From assembly GCA_036172245.1 (NCBI GenBank), contig JAYWIR010000002.1, positions 5,208,001-5,272,000 on the forward strand: DNA of 64,000 nt. The letters are read 5' to 3'. A program made the position numbers and the translations under genes. Shown here one piece after another: positions 49,803 through 61,740 of the stretch (within the stretch, counting starts at the first letter, position 1; the number at the start of each line of letters is the position of its first letter). Under the pieces are notes generated by a model that saw only the letters and a list, made by a program, of their open reading frames with translations, was not told the origin of the DNA and ran no database searches. This stretch comes from Raillietiella orientalis. Taxonomy: Eukaryota.

Positions 49803-49913
49803 CTCATCAAGCACGAGGACGACGGGGTCATCTCGATGAACGAGTTCTTGAAGTGGTGCCGTGGAGATGAGGGCATCAAGCAGGCCCTCTGCTGCCTGGA
49901 CACCTTCCTGTGA
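49803..49913 (+). CDS. KChIP: KChIP-like terminal exon E (111 nt incl. TGA), EF-hand 4 region
   Basis: ccttccgcAG|CTC ATC AAG... encodes LIKHEDDGVISMNEFLKWCRGDEGIKQALCCLDTFL*, which aligns with the KChIP C-terminus (DGVxxxxEFxxxCxxDExI). Confidence 0.92.
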   Translation, partial: LIKHEDDGVISMNEFLKWCRGDEGIKQALCCLDTFL

Positions 49914-50561
49914 CCGTCCGTCTCCCCGCCCGACTGCCGCCCCTCTCTCCGCGTCTTCTGCCGCCGCGGCCCGCTCTCGAGAAGTCCGCGGCGGCACGTC
50001 TTCCGGCACCCCTCTGAGTCTACAGGAACGGCGGCGGAGGAGATCGGGCGGGCCGCTCCGAGCTGCGTCCGGAGCTCCTCGGAGGGACGCCGGGGAGACC
50101 CGCGTTGTCACCCGCGAGGACCAGCCTGGTGCGCGGTGGCACAACAGACAGGAAAAGGATGAAGGATAATCCCCTCCGAGAATCTTCCTCCTCCCGGGCT
50201 ACGGTCTCTTTGGGATGCGACGGTACTCACGCGTCGCCCTCGGCAGATTCCTCGGATCCGAGCCCCGCCAAACGGCCTACCGGGGACTTGGCGAGGAGGC
50301 TGCATGCTCCGCCATCATGTGGTCCCGGCCAAGCGCATATTCTCCAGAACGTTCCTTCCCCCCATTCCCCCTCCCCCCTTCCCTCCCCTCGTCCTTCTCC
50401 CCAGCAGAGGCGTGGGGACCGATCCGGCTGGCAGGAAGATTCGGCATCCCCGGCGCCATGTTCCTCGCAAGAGGCGGCCCTCTGGGAGCTCCGACCTCTA
50501 ACTTTCGGCGGTCTGCGCCTTGTACGTGGCCACCAGGTCACAGCCTTTGAAAATACAAAAA

Positions 50562-50572
50562 AATAAAATAAA
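50562..50572 (+). terminator. Candidate polyadenylation signal (two overlapping AATAAA)
   Basis: AATAAAATAAA about 650 nt after the KChIP stop codon, in an A-rich patch. Confidence 0.4.
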
Positions 50573-52279
50573 AAGGAAAGCACGGGATGAAGACGCAGTG
50601 TGAAGAGCGACCCCCTCTTTCCTATTTTCCTCCGGGCAGCACTCCCTGGAAGACAGGTCACCTGTGAGCTGTGCCCTTCGATCCCTGCCAGAAACGAAAG
50701 AGTGACCAGGGAGGAGGCGATTTTTGGCTCTGGATGCCCCCCCCCCCCAAAAAAAAGATACCCTCGAAGTCTTTTCTTTCGATCGCAGTCTGGTCCATTT
50801 TTGCAAGGTTTGAGTGGCCCCTCTGGGGGCCTCCTACAGGTGGACGCGCATTCTCAGCCGACATGGTCCGAGATGTGGTGCACGTGGTCAGGAGTCAGGC
50901 CACTTCACGCGCCTTGTCCATTTCCCAGCTCAGCCCTGCGGACATGAGCACGCTCCTTCGACGTTTCGCGGCAGGGGCGAGGAAACTTCTCTTTCCGCCT
51001 CCATGGCGATGGTGGCGGCGAAGGGGAGTCCTTTCCTGCTCCCTCCTCTCCCTTCCGGGTGCTCTTCGGCGATCGCGAGCCTTCTCAGAGCAAACCCAAG
51101 GGAACTCGGCCTTTCTCAGGACCAACCTCTCCTGGAACAGCTCCAATGGTTGGGGTGCCCTCGCTTGAACAGCTGGGGAGTCGTCATCCAGATTCCCCCA
51201 CAGCTTTCTTGCCACCCCCCCTTCCGCATCAGCGGCCGGCTGGGAAGAGCCTTCGGTGAGCCGGGAGCGTGCCGGGAAATCCGCGTTCCCGCCGACGCCA
51301 AGCGAAGGCCGGCGGCCGCGGGCTTTGGACCCGCCTCCTCGCCTCCCGCTCAGATCGCAGGAAGGGATACAAAGACGGGAAGGGGGAACAGTGGCGGTGA
51401 GACGGAGAACATCATCGGGGCGGGACATTCCCAGCGCCGCTCAAGGGGGATCACCCGATGCGCGACGAGCAATGAGGGGAAAAATGGGAAGCGCGCGCAT
51501 GGCGGGGGGGGGGAGTCGCTCCTCGATTCTCCATTCCCTTCCCGTCTCCGACAGGGGAACGCCTGAACGATCTTCGCGGGCGTCCCCGGGATCGCGAAGA
51601 GGGGCTACCGGAGTCGCCACCGCCCGGATGGGGCGGTTTCCGGGTTTGGCGCGGCATCGACCCCCCCCCCCCCAGGAGGAGGCGAAGACCCCTGGTCTGG
51701 GAGGAAGCACGCGCTCCCTCCCTCGTCCTGGTTCGCCACCCGCGAAAGCCGCTTCTGATGGAGCCGGCGACAGCTGGAGTCACGCTGGCCTCCCCTCCCC
51801 TCTCGCCCTCTCATCGCCTTCCCGGTGCAGCCAGCCGGCGCGCCCATCCCTCTTGGTCCTTGGTTTGTCGTGCGGGTGTGTTACGTGTGACGAGTCCGCC
51901 TTCCCGATCTCCCCCTTGTTCCCTCTCCCTCCTTAGGGGAATCACGTGGTCAGGGGCGCGAAAGCGGCTTGTGATCTGATCGTCAGCTGCACCGCATGAA
52001 GAGGAGAGGCAGTCGCGGTCCGCTCTTGGTGTCCCAACACGGAATTCAGAAGATGCAGGTACGAGGTGCACGTTCGATCTCGACCTCGACCGGAAGTTTG
52101 CATCCGTTCCGAAGATCATCCCCATCGCTCTCCTTCAACTTTTCGCGCCACGGAGCCACGCGGTGGCACGAAATTTTCCTAGCAAGCGCCATCTTGATTC
52201 CCACGCCAGCGACCTTCCGTCGTGGAAGACAGCTTGCCGCTTGATCACCAGGACGGCTTCGTGCGAACGCGTGAGGGAG

Positions 52280-52790
52280 ACGCCCCGTGGGATGGAACGT
52301 GCTTCGGAAATCCTCTCAGAGTACACTCGCTCGTGGCAACCAGACCTGGAGTGGCCCCCAGTGCCCAAGAACGGCAGCATTTTCCCTCCGGAGTAGCCGG
52401 AGTTGACACTCCTGCTGTTGCCCTGAGGTCTTCCCTTTAACGCGCGCCGACACCACTGGACGCTGGGTTGGGCGATCCCGGACTGTCGCACTTGCGGGGA
52501 ACGAGAATCCCTTCTGCACCTGTTAGTGGACCTTGTTGCCTCCGGCCCCTATGGGAACGTTCCGGAACAGCCCTCCGTATCCCGACTTGCACACCCAGGG
52601 ACGTTTTACGACTTCTCTTTGTGCGGGATATCCTGCAGCCAGCCACAGCTCCAGCAGCGCTTTACTACACCCACGGGATCGTGGAGGCCTGGAGAGAAGC
52701 AGGCAGTGGAAGAAGCGAGAGGGACGTCGTTTAGTTGGCAGTTCGCTTTCTGTTAATGGCGGCCAGGTGGTCCTAACTGAGACCTATTTA
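52280..52790 (+). mobile_element. Possible decayed PIF/Harbinger transposase relic
   Basis: WDGTC (cf. IDGTH), GRWVG (cf. RWPGS), HLLVD (cf. LLGD), FLLMAARW (cf. FGxLxxRW), in order across frames. Confidence 0.28.
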
Positions 52791-53810
52791 GACGGGCCAA
52801 GATGACATTCTGGAAAGGATGCAGACTCCTTCCAGCGGACAGTGGCCCCTTGCCGACTGCAAGATTTTTATTTATTTTTATTCACTCTTTCTTTTTCTTT
52901 TTGTTTCTCCCATCCCCCTCCGCTGCTGAGGTGAACCCAGCCTGTCTGCGTATACCGGCGACCCGGAAGGTCCATGGACAACGGAGTGCGGTAGGACCAC
53001 GTGTCCCACCACAATTTGTGAGTTTATTTTAAATTTTAATAAACGTCCTGGCATGCCCGGATGAAAATCGAAATAAAAACGAGTATAAGAGGGAGAGGTT
53101 TCTTTAGGAGTTCCCTACCAAGCGTAAGAGGAACCGACTCCTTTCTCCGGAGCCTTCCTGGCTTTATTGAGTGATCTGTAACTTGAAGAGTTAGGGGGCA
53201 TCCCGGGAGGGTATCATTCTATGAATCATTCCAGGATCGATCAGAATAATGCTTGGGTGAGAACCACCAATGAGCATCTGGTGGCCATAGGGTGTCTGGC
53301 TAAGCCAATAGGAAGCGTTGGAGATCCCCCTCAAGTTTCCAGGATGGTTATCGACCAACATCGTCATTGGGAGCACTCCAAGGGTGCCATCGGGGAGTTC
53401 TGTCGAATAACCTGTTCTACGTGCGCATCTGGTCCAGGCCGCAACATGGCACCGCGATCGGCTTAAGGGCTTTGAATGCCCAGTACCCGGCTCGAGCGGG
53501 ACGGACAGCAAAAGGTGGGAGGAGATGGGAGCTTGGAGCTGCTCTTGGAGCTCCTGCCCGTCTCGGCTTCCCCGGCCACGCCACTGGCTGGCCCGCCTGT
53601 ATTCCGCCCGTCTCCATGAGACTGCAAGCGTCTATTTGGCTGAACACCATCGGTGTCGGCTTACGCAGACGACCCCCCCTACCCATGTCCATCCTTCGCC
53701 ACGGAACCTCGTCGCTCGAGTGATCATTCCAGCAGATACGCCAGCCAGAGTTTTCACCCGGTCCTGCCGGGTCGGTTGCTGTAAAAAATGAAAGAAAAGA
53801 AAGACAAATG

Positions 53811-54170
53811 CAGTGGCACCTCGGTACTCGACAGTATCAGAACTCGTCAAACTCAGTACTCGTTGTATATTGACGAGAAATAAAATGTTTCGACATTCGG
53901 CTCATGCTCGGAACTCGTCCCCCGACTCTCATGATGCAACAAATGAACGCTTTCGTCTCATGGTAGTTCGGGAACAGTGCCGAGCACTTTCAGTGAATGC
54001 CTCCCAAATCGTTCCTTTTGCACTTTCTGTGCATTTTAAACATCAATCATGGGTCCTAAAATGATATCACGAAGCCTAGAAAGGAACTCATTACTGGTCG
54101 GCTACTCGTCGGTTTGGCAACTCGTCACGAGCTCTGGAACGAATTGTCGACGAGTACAGAGTTACCACTG
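53811..54170 (+). mobile_element. Internally deleted Tigger/pogo-type element, 360 bp
   Basis: TIRs CAGTGGCACCTCGGTACTCG and CGAGTACAGAGTTACCACTG (17/20 complementary). Right flank TA, left flank TG. Internal ATGGGTCCTAAA (MGPK, 54049) resembles the pogo/Tigger transposase start. Confidence 0.75.
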
Positions 54171-55779
54171 TAAACTGTCATGCAAGGAAAAAAAAAAGGT
54201 CACCCCTTCCCTCTGCAGTGGGATTGGAATCCCACTACGTCTGTAAGAGTCGCGGAGGCGATTCTTTCTCTCAGGCAGATCGCCTTGAGAGGCCCGCTCA
54301 GCGAAAATAAGGGAGGAGTAGGGGAAAAATAAGCAGCAGAAAAAAAAAAATGCACTTAATAACATTGGAGTGCAAGGGAAGGAGTCATCGAGACCTCCCC
54401 GTCTCCCTCTGCATCCTTTGCAGGATGCTGGCAAGTTTTTTCTTGCGCCGAGCAAGATGCGGCCATCTCGTGGTCATCCTCAAAAGGGAGACCTCCATCG
54501 GGATGGCGTCTCTCGCCGTCTCTGCCATTGAGAATTCTGGCCGAAACGATACCGTCTGATCGACAGGACGGGTCTCTCGCCGCTGGCGGCATTCCCTCGG
54601 CCGCGAGGGTAGAGGAGCCTTAGCAGATTTCTGGGGTCGCCTCTCGGTGAGTCCAGGTACGCAGCCAGACCGTTCAGGGGCACTCAGGAGGGCGACGCAA
54701 CTCAAAGAGTAGGTTCGAGAAGGTTGTCCTTTTGCCGCACCCGCCACAGCCCGTGGCCACAGTTCCCCTGATCCAGAGGTGTTGCATGGAACGGTCCAAT
54801 GCAACACTCGCAACGCGGAGTCTTTCCACTTCAGAGGAGGCTCAGAAATGCCCAGAAATGTCGCGCGAGGGCTTCGAGGTTTTCCAGGTGGATTCCGAGG
54901 AGGACTTCCCGGTGGAGAAATCCTTCCGGGTGGTGGTGGTGGACAAACTCCAGCGAGTTGAAACGCCGTCCGGAATCCCAACTTTTTTCCTTCTTCCTCC
55001 TATTTCACTGGTAATTGATCTCCAATCTCTCTGGCTGATCACTATCCAGGTTCTCCCTTGAGGAGCACCGCTGCTCTCACTTGCAGCATCCGTGGGCAGC
55101 CCCATGTCCACACCCGGCAACGTCACCCGAGGAATTCCTCCAGATGATCCGCGGAGCGAGGAGGGCACGACGAGCGTGAGCAGGACGAAGTCGGTGATCG
55201 TTTCCGTGGCTACCATCGCGAGCCGGGGCATCCGGACGGGATCCCCTCGGGTATTTCCATAAGTGGATCCCCTGGCATCTTCGGTGCGCCCATGGGCGAT
55301 TTTCCGGCGTCTCCAGGAGGCAGAGATCCGTCCCTAGGGAACAGGCTTCTCGCGGGAACACGCTGCAATTCGGGACGCAAAGTGCGACCCCTGCTTTTGC
55401 TCATTCCTCCCTCCCACGAGACGAAAGAGAGAGAGAACGGAAGGGCTTTCCCGGAAAGCCCCGCGTGGCGCAGCTAAGTTCCGGAAGTGCGTCTGAAAGA
55501 TCTGTCAGCTCCGCGCCTGCGGATGCTGGGGAAAGCTCTCGGTTTCTCCAGCATCCAGTCCTGTTTTTCGCAGGACGACCCTGATGGCGCTTCTGTGAAA
55601 CCGCCGCCACCGTCTCCAGACGGCCAGCGGCTGTCCTTGGGCTCGCAGTCAGCTGCGAGGGAACGGTATCTTTCGTCCCCGCAACCGCGACAGCCCGAAG
55701 GGCTTGACCTCCCCGCCGCAGAAGCCCACGCGGATCCCTTGCCTCCAGCTGCATTGCAATGTGTGGGGAAAGAAAGATT

Positions 55780-56248
55780 GGTGGGGGGCGGGTCCCTCGG
55801 ACCTGCTCAGAGCTGTCCCGTCCTCCGCAGGAGGCACCATGGAACTCCAGGAGCGGGAGCGTGCACCAACTCCACCCTCCCAGTAGTATGACTGACCCCT
55901 CCCCTCCGGGAGCGCAAGGGTAGAGGCCAGCCGGGTGGGCGGGAGATCTCCTGCTGCACGGCAGGGGTCGGTGAACAGACAGGCGGCTACCGGCTCCGAG
56001 AGTTCGGATGCTGCGAGGCGCCAAGCTTCCCACCCGAGGACCGCACCGAGAAGAGGCTCCTCCCGGGATGACGTCGACGCTGACGAACTTGAATTTGCCT
56101 TGCGCCCGTGAGCCGTGCTCTTTCAGATGCCGATGGGATTCATCTCCAGCACGTCGGTAGTTTCGTCACGCAGGAAGAGCAGCTCGTTGCAGCCGTAGGA
56201 CTCAGGCCCACAGTCCACCAGGGCGATGGCGCGGGCGACCATCACCGA
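55780..56248 (-). pseudogene. Disrupted SH3 (+ degenerate SAM) coding remnant of the SASH1/SAMSN1/SKIP family
   Basis: Minus strand reads SVMVARAIALVDCGPESYGCNELLFLRDETTDVLEMNPIGI*KSTAHGR, then after a 1-nt frameshift at ~56100 GKFKFVSVDVIP (to 56064). This matches the family SH3 pattern ARAxALVDxxPxPYDxxxLxFxxGDxIDVxxMNxxGxWxGxxxGRxGxFKFIxVxVL. The stop at 56123-56125 replaces the conserved Trp. The same frame continues into AGL...SVILLGGW...EQVRG, weakly SAM-like. Confidence 0.72.
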
Positions 56249-59200
56249 CCCTCTCGGGTCGCTTCGCGGGCGTTCGCGAGGAGTTGCGGAGGGCGGGGCG
56301 CACGAAGCAGGTAGCACCCGGGCTCCTTCCCCTTTCTCCGGGGACCTCCTAGGGGTTGGCGCGGACGTCTTGCCCCTGTGTCGAGCCCCAAGGCACCTTT
56401 TCCTTCCCCGTCTGGTCGCCGGCGACCCACAGCTCCCCCGGGGACTGAATAGGCGTTGGTTTCGGGATCCTTCCAGGACTTCGAAAGGAGCAGGACCTAT
56501 TGGGATCGAGGAGAGTGATGGCCACTTGCCCCCCGCCCCGTGTCGCCCCTTCTTCGACGCCTCCTCCGAGAGAGCACTACGGGCAGCTCCTAGCCCCGTG
56601 GGAGCTCGGGGGAGGGACAGGCTGGGTCTCCCCGCTCCGGGCCGAGACCAAGGGCCCGGATTCTCCTCCATAGAGAAAGAGCGCCGCGCTCAAAAGGATG
56701 TCCTCCGCATAGAAGCGCGCGGAGGGTCTCTGGCGAGTGACCTTCCCGAAGAACCCGAGCGCCATAGGGCCGCAGCGGACAGGCAGCACCCGAGCCGAGA
56801 GCGCGTGGGGAAGACGACTGGCGCGCGCTTTCCCACTCCCTCTGGATGCACTGGAGGTCCTTGTCACCTTTCCGGACGGTCCGGCACCGCCCCTTTGGTG
56901 GTCAACGCGGGCTTCGTCCTGCGCTGGGGGGATTGTCCTGTGAAAACGCCGGCAGCGAGGGAATGACAGGGAACGCGACGGATTGCCGAACCGCGTCAAG
57001 AGCTCAGAGACCTCTGGATCAACCACGCGCGTTCTGCTTCTGGGATGCGGGCTGCTCGGCGCGCGGCGTCCCACCCACCGATGCGGAGGGCAGCATCCTC
57101 ATTCCTTGTCCTTTAAAATCAGAGAGGGTCGCATCCCGGGAAGGCTACAGGAAAAGGCCTCAACACTTTTCTGTCCCCTCACATCGCGTGCATGTCGATT
57201 TCTTTCAGCTCCCCCTCCCCTCACCTTCTCCTCTTCTAGCCCCTTCGTGACGAGAGAGGCTCTCTCTCAGCAGCGACCTGCGCGTCCCGTTGCGTTACCC
57301 CAACTCGTGCCTCCAGGACACGCGAAACGCACTTTCGAATCAGCATGTCCCTGCGCGATCCCGGTGTGTGGGGCAAATTTTGCGAGCGCCGGCCGAGACG
57401 TTCTGACGTCGAGGAGGGCTCGGGTCGCTGCTTGTCCGCCCTTATCTTCCCTCTACCGGCCCACCAGCCGGATGCGGAAGCCATCGCCGCCGCTGCGTCG
57501 TCCCGGGAGGGAAACGCGCCTCTTGCTCCAGCGTGTCTCCGTGTCCAGCGAGGCGCGTCCCGCGCCTCCGAGGGGACCGAAGAGCTGATAACGAGCTCCC
57601 TCACTCCGGACTCCGGGATTTGATGCATCCCCGGGACATCCAAGCCCGGAGCAGACAGCGAGATAAATCATCTCCGCCGGAGTAGGCGGCACCTGCCAAA
57701 GTTAGGAGAAGAAAAGGGTCTTCGCCTGCTCCGAGGAAGGAGAAGCAAGGAAAGGCCTCGAGGAGAGTGTGGAGGAGGAGAGGGGGAGGAGACTTTGGCG
57801 ATCGCGGATGAAGCGCGCCTCGCGCCCCCAGGCGGGCTGAGAGGGACACTTTTGAAGGACGGCATGCCGGATGACATGGGAAAGCGCTTGATAGGGAGAG
57901 GGAGAACTACGGGAGAGAGAGAGATGAATGAAGAGAGAGAGGAGGGGGTAAGGCGGAACGTTCATTTGCAAAAAGAGGGGTGCAAATGATCCAAAAGAAG
58001 GAAAGAAAAATTCCCCTACACCTTCGGGGCGTCGGCCATCGAACGCGACCCCCCTCTAACGGCGATCCGAATGACCGAGCAGCAACGAAGACCTCAAGAC
58101 AGGCGCTAGCTCCATCTCCACATCCCTCCCCGCCATCGTCGTGGATTTCCAGAGATTCTCCAGGATCGTTGGATGGGAGTCCAGGGGTCAGACCAGGTTC
58201 AGTCTCTCGTCAGGAGGATCGGCAAACCTACGAGTCCAGCATGCGTCTCCCTCTGCGTCGTCCAATGTCGAGAGGACAACAGCGTTCAGCTGCTTGTTTT
58301 CTCCTCCGCATCCGGGCAGGGAAATCTCGAACTTCCACAGGTCCCCCTAGTATCTCGTAAGCCTCTGAATCCAAGGTGCCCCGCTTCCAGGGAGCTCTTA
58401 TCGTTGGCCAGACTCCGATGGCGCACGGATGACGTCACGTGCGATTGTGTTTCCTGATGCTTTTTCGTCCCGGATGCCGCTGCCGCTTCCTCGGATGGGT
58501 AGCAGCAATCCGAGGTGGCTCTACTCCGAGCCTTTTTCCGTGAGTATACGTCAGACTTCAGTTGCAAGTCCACCCCTGGGACTGCTTGGCTGGAGGCGAC
58601 CACCCGCTTCCTCTTCCCCGCTTGGCTCTGCTTTCCTGCTGTCGCGGTGAACCATCGGTTTCCTGGGCTGCAGGCCCAAATTCCCCGTGCATTCACACGG
58701 GATTGCGATGCCCACCCAGCATCCGGAATCATCTCACGCAAGTACCATCTCCTTCTCTTCCCTTCCCGACGCCGGTGCCAAAGTGAACCGAGAGGACGTC
58801 GAGGAAGGGAGTCGCGCTGTCGCGGCCAAACCAAGTCTTCGAGCGCCGGAAGGTCGGTGTCTCCCGGGCCGTCGATCGAAATGGGTGGGTCGAGCAGAGA
58901 GGGTTCCTGATCGAAATGGGTGACGCGCCGGGTGACGTCAGTGCCACGAAGCGCACCAGACAACTGGAATGCGCTCTTATCTGGAAGGGAAAAGCAGCGA
59001 TGCCTTGAATGAATCACGTGCTAGACGGACAAAAGAAAGAAGAGGAAGAAGAAGATTAAAAAAAGAGCAGGAGGTAGCAGTCGTTCAGGAGATGGTACAG
59101 ACGGAGGGTACCCTGGACTGCCACGAAAGCAAGCACGTTTGATACTTCGGATACCGGAATTTCTCTCACACACTTATCTGCTTCTCATCCGTTCTCAAGC

Positions 59201-60589
59201 TGTGCGCTCACTGCTGCGCCATCATCTGTTGAGTTCACGACACTTCTCGCCGCGCACTCCCGGCAACAGCTTATGACCTCTGTAGTCATCGTCTTCCCTT
59301 GGGGTCGAGCTGAGATCGCCGCGACGAGCGGGGACTGCCTGCGAGAGAAGACCTTCGAAAGCAGAGCTTGGGAGGAAAAGAGAAAAGAGTCGACAGATCC
59401 CTTTCGCTTCGACTTCGATCTCCTTCGATAGATTCCTTTCAATCCCTTGGACTTCCTCGCCACACCAGATCTTCGGGTTCGCGGGAGCGTTGGCTGCCAC
59501 GCCCGAGATCGGCGTCGAAGGTGGCACCAGGCGAGGCCACGCGCCCGAACCCTTTTCCGTGCGCCTCCTGAGCGCGTATGCTGCCGGGTGGCAGGAACGT
59601 CTTTGCCTTCCAAGGCGACCGGTGGCGGCTGCCGACGCTCGAGCGCCGCCACCCTGCGGTATCGACTGCTCGCTGGGCGAGCGAGCCTCGCGGAGGCAAA
59701 ATACCCACCCGTTCGTCGGGAAGTCGCCTCTTTCTCCCTCCTTCTTCCCCCTTTCTTCTGCTTCTGCGTTCTCGAGAACATCGGCGTCCTCCCCGCGCCT
59801 GCGGACGCTGCTTGTTTGGAGCAGTCGCGTTTTTGCGTCTTCTACGTTGACGACGCCGAACTCCACCCTTCCGATCAGTCGCGCCATGCCTTTCCCTGCT
59901 TCCTTCACCTCTTTGAAACCGTTCAATCTCACGAGAGTCCTCACCCTCCCTCCCCTTCCCTTATCACTTATCTGCGGGCCTTTCGCCGCCGCCCCCAGTC
60001 GGTTGCCAGGCTCGGGCGAACAATTCTGTTTTCGGAAACAAGGAAAAGCGCTTTCAGCACTTTCACTTTTTTCGAGCTCGACCGCCGTCGCCGCCGTCGC
60101 GGCCCGCCTACCCCCCCTCCCTTTCTTCCCTCCCTTCTTTAGTGGCGTCCGCGATTGATTTTGCAGCCTCCCGCCATCTCGCCGCTGCCTCTCCTCCTGG
60201 GTCCGCCTGGTCGGGAGTGCTGCCCATCGAGCGGAGGGAACTCGTCGCCATTCTCCCGTCCCCCGGATGCCAGCTCCTTCCAAGTAGGGCTGAACCGAGA
60301 AGGAGGCGATCATTTCTGCTTCCGCTTTGCTTCTGACGTCATCTCCGCGCTTCCGGAGGGGGAGTTGAGGGGGAGGGGAACCAGTCTGTCGCTGCGGCCT
60401 CTGAGTCGCTGGCCTTTGCGTTCTATTTCAAAGCATCGCTCCGAACGAAGATGAAAGAATCGCGGATGGGAGAAGGGTTGCCGCGAAACAGGTGGAGGTG
60501 AGGACTGAGAATGAGGGTAGATAGGGTGACGCAATTGCTCTGAGCCCAGACGTCCTCCTTGACCTGCAACAAGTGCCCTGACGGGACCT

Positions 60590-61740
60590 CCCTCTCACGC
60601 ATGGTGGCTGGCCTCAACCAGGCGGTCGTCCGTGACGACCTCCCTTTCCGAATTTGCCTCTGGCAAGGGCGCTTAGAAAAGGACAGCAAGCCCTTGCTGC
60701 CCTCTGACTGCACCCGGTCTTCGCGTGCCTTCCCGATGTTCCACCCGGATGAAAGAGGAGAGGGAACGACCAGGGAAAGTCGAGCGAGAAAACCACCCCT
60801 CAGACGCAGACGAAAGGAGGTCATGTGACCTTCCTTTTCTCCCTGGAAAAAACAGAACCCGTCTGCCGCAGCCGGGGCTGCTCCCTGTCCGGAGAGGATC
60901 CCTGAATACAGGAGCATTCAGGTCTGCTCTCAGATCGCTCCTCTCGTTGACCCTTTTCCCCTTTTGCTGCTCCCCTCTTTTTAAGGAGATATGACTCGCG
61001 CTGATGCCCTGGTCCAGCTTTTAGATGTGGAGCGTCCGTCTATTCCTCATAGCTGGACGGAGAAGGAAGTGCAGGAACCATGAGAAGTAGGAAGAGGGAT
61101 AGGATCCCCGTAGACAGTCCGTAGGTGCTTGCCCTTGTCCAGGCGGGGGAGTCCCAGGTGTTGCCTCAAGAAGGCGGCAATACCCCTGGACCTGACCCTA
61201 ACCCGCCATCAGCAGCTGGAATGCCTTCTCCTGCAGTGCAGAGCGTACCCGTCCACCCACCCGTCCGGTTTCTCCCAACGAGTCTCCTCTCCCGGGGCTT
61301 CAAAGGCAGCGCATTCCTCGCTGAGGTCAAGAGGATCTCCCTCTTGCGGGCAAGAATCTTTCGCTGCCATCCCTTTCTCGGGCACCGATGGAGAAGAGGG
61401 CGCAAGAGGCTGGAGAATGGCGTCAGGGCGATGGCCCTCTCGCGCTTGCAAGAAACGATAGAGACACCTCGACGGCGGCGATGCAGCCCGGACGGAACGT
61501 AAACTCCTCTTCGCGCGGAGAAAACTCCGACTGCCTCTGCGCGGGAAGATCCCCACGCAAGCAAGGCCAAGATATCTCGAGAACTTTCTCAATCTCCTGC
61601 TTCTTTCCTCATTTTTTCTTCCCACTTCCTCCTCCTCTTTCTTCCTTGTTTTTCCTTCCTCCTCCTCCACCGCTTCCGGGAGCCGAATGAGCGGATGAGG
61701 GGCGGTCGAGCACCACCGAAGCGAAATGAAGTGCTCTTGG
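60590..61740 (+). mobile_element. Possible decayed Ac/ZBED-type hAT transposase relic
   Basis: VVRDDLPF (cf. IxxDxxPF), TSLLSRGFKGSAF (cf. ATLLDPRFK), AKISRELSQSPAS (cf. LAxxARxYLxxPATS), NER..PKRN, in order. Confidence 0.28.

Noticed and set aside
48803..49870. 355-aa ORF starting MMAVVSSVYEMLG
   Set aside because: Only the first 34 codons belong to exon D; the rest is read-through into the intron past the GT at 48905.
56123..56125. TGA as selenocysteine or read-through codon in the SH3 frame
   Set aside because: It replaces Trp, not Cys, and a frameshift follows 22 nt later. Simple decay explains it.
57560..57716. Strong-looking minus-strand acceptor (ttttcttctcctaactttggcAG, exon from 57692) as an upstream exon of the SH3 remnant
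   Set aside because: No frame gives recognisable SKIP/SASH1 sequence and no matching donor was identified.
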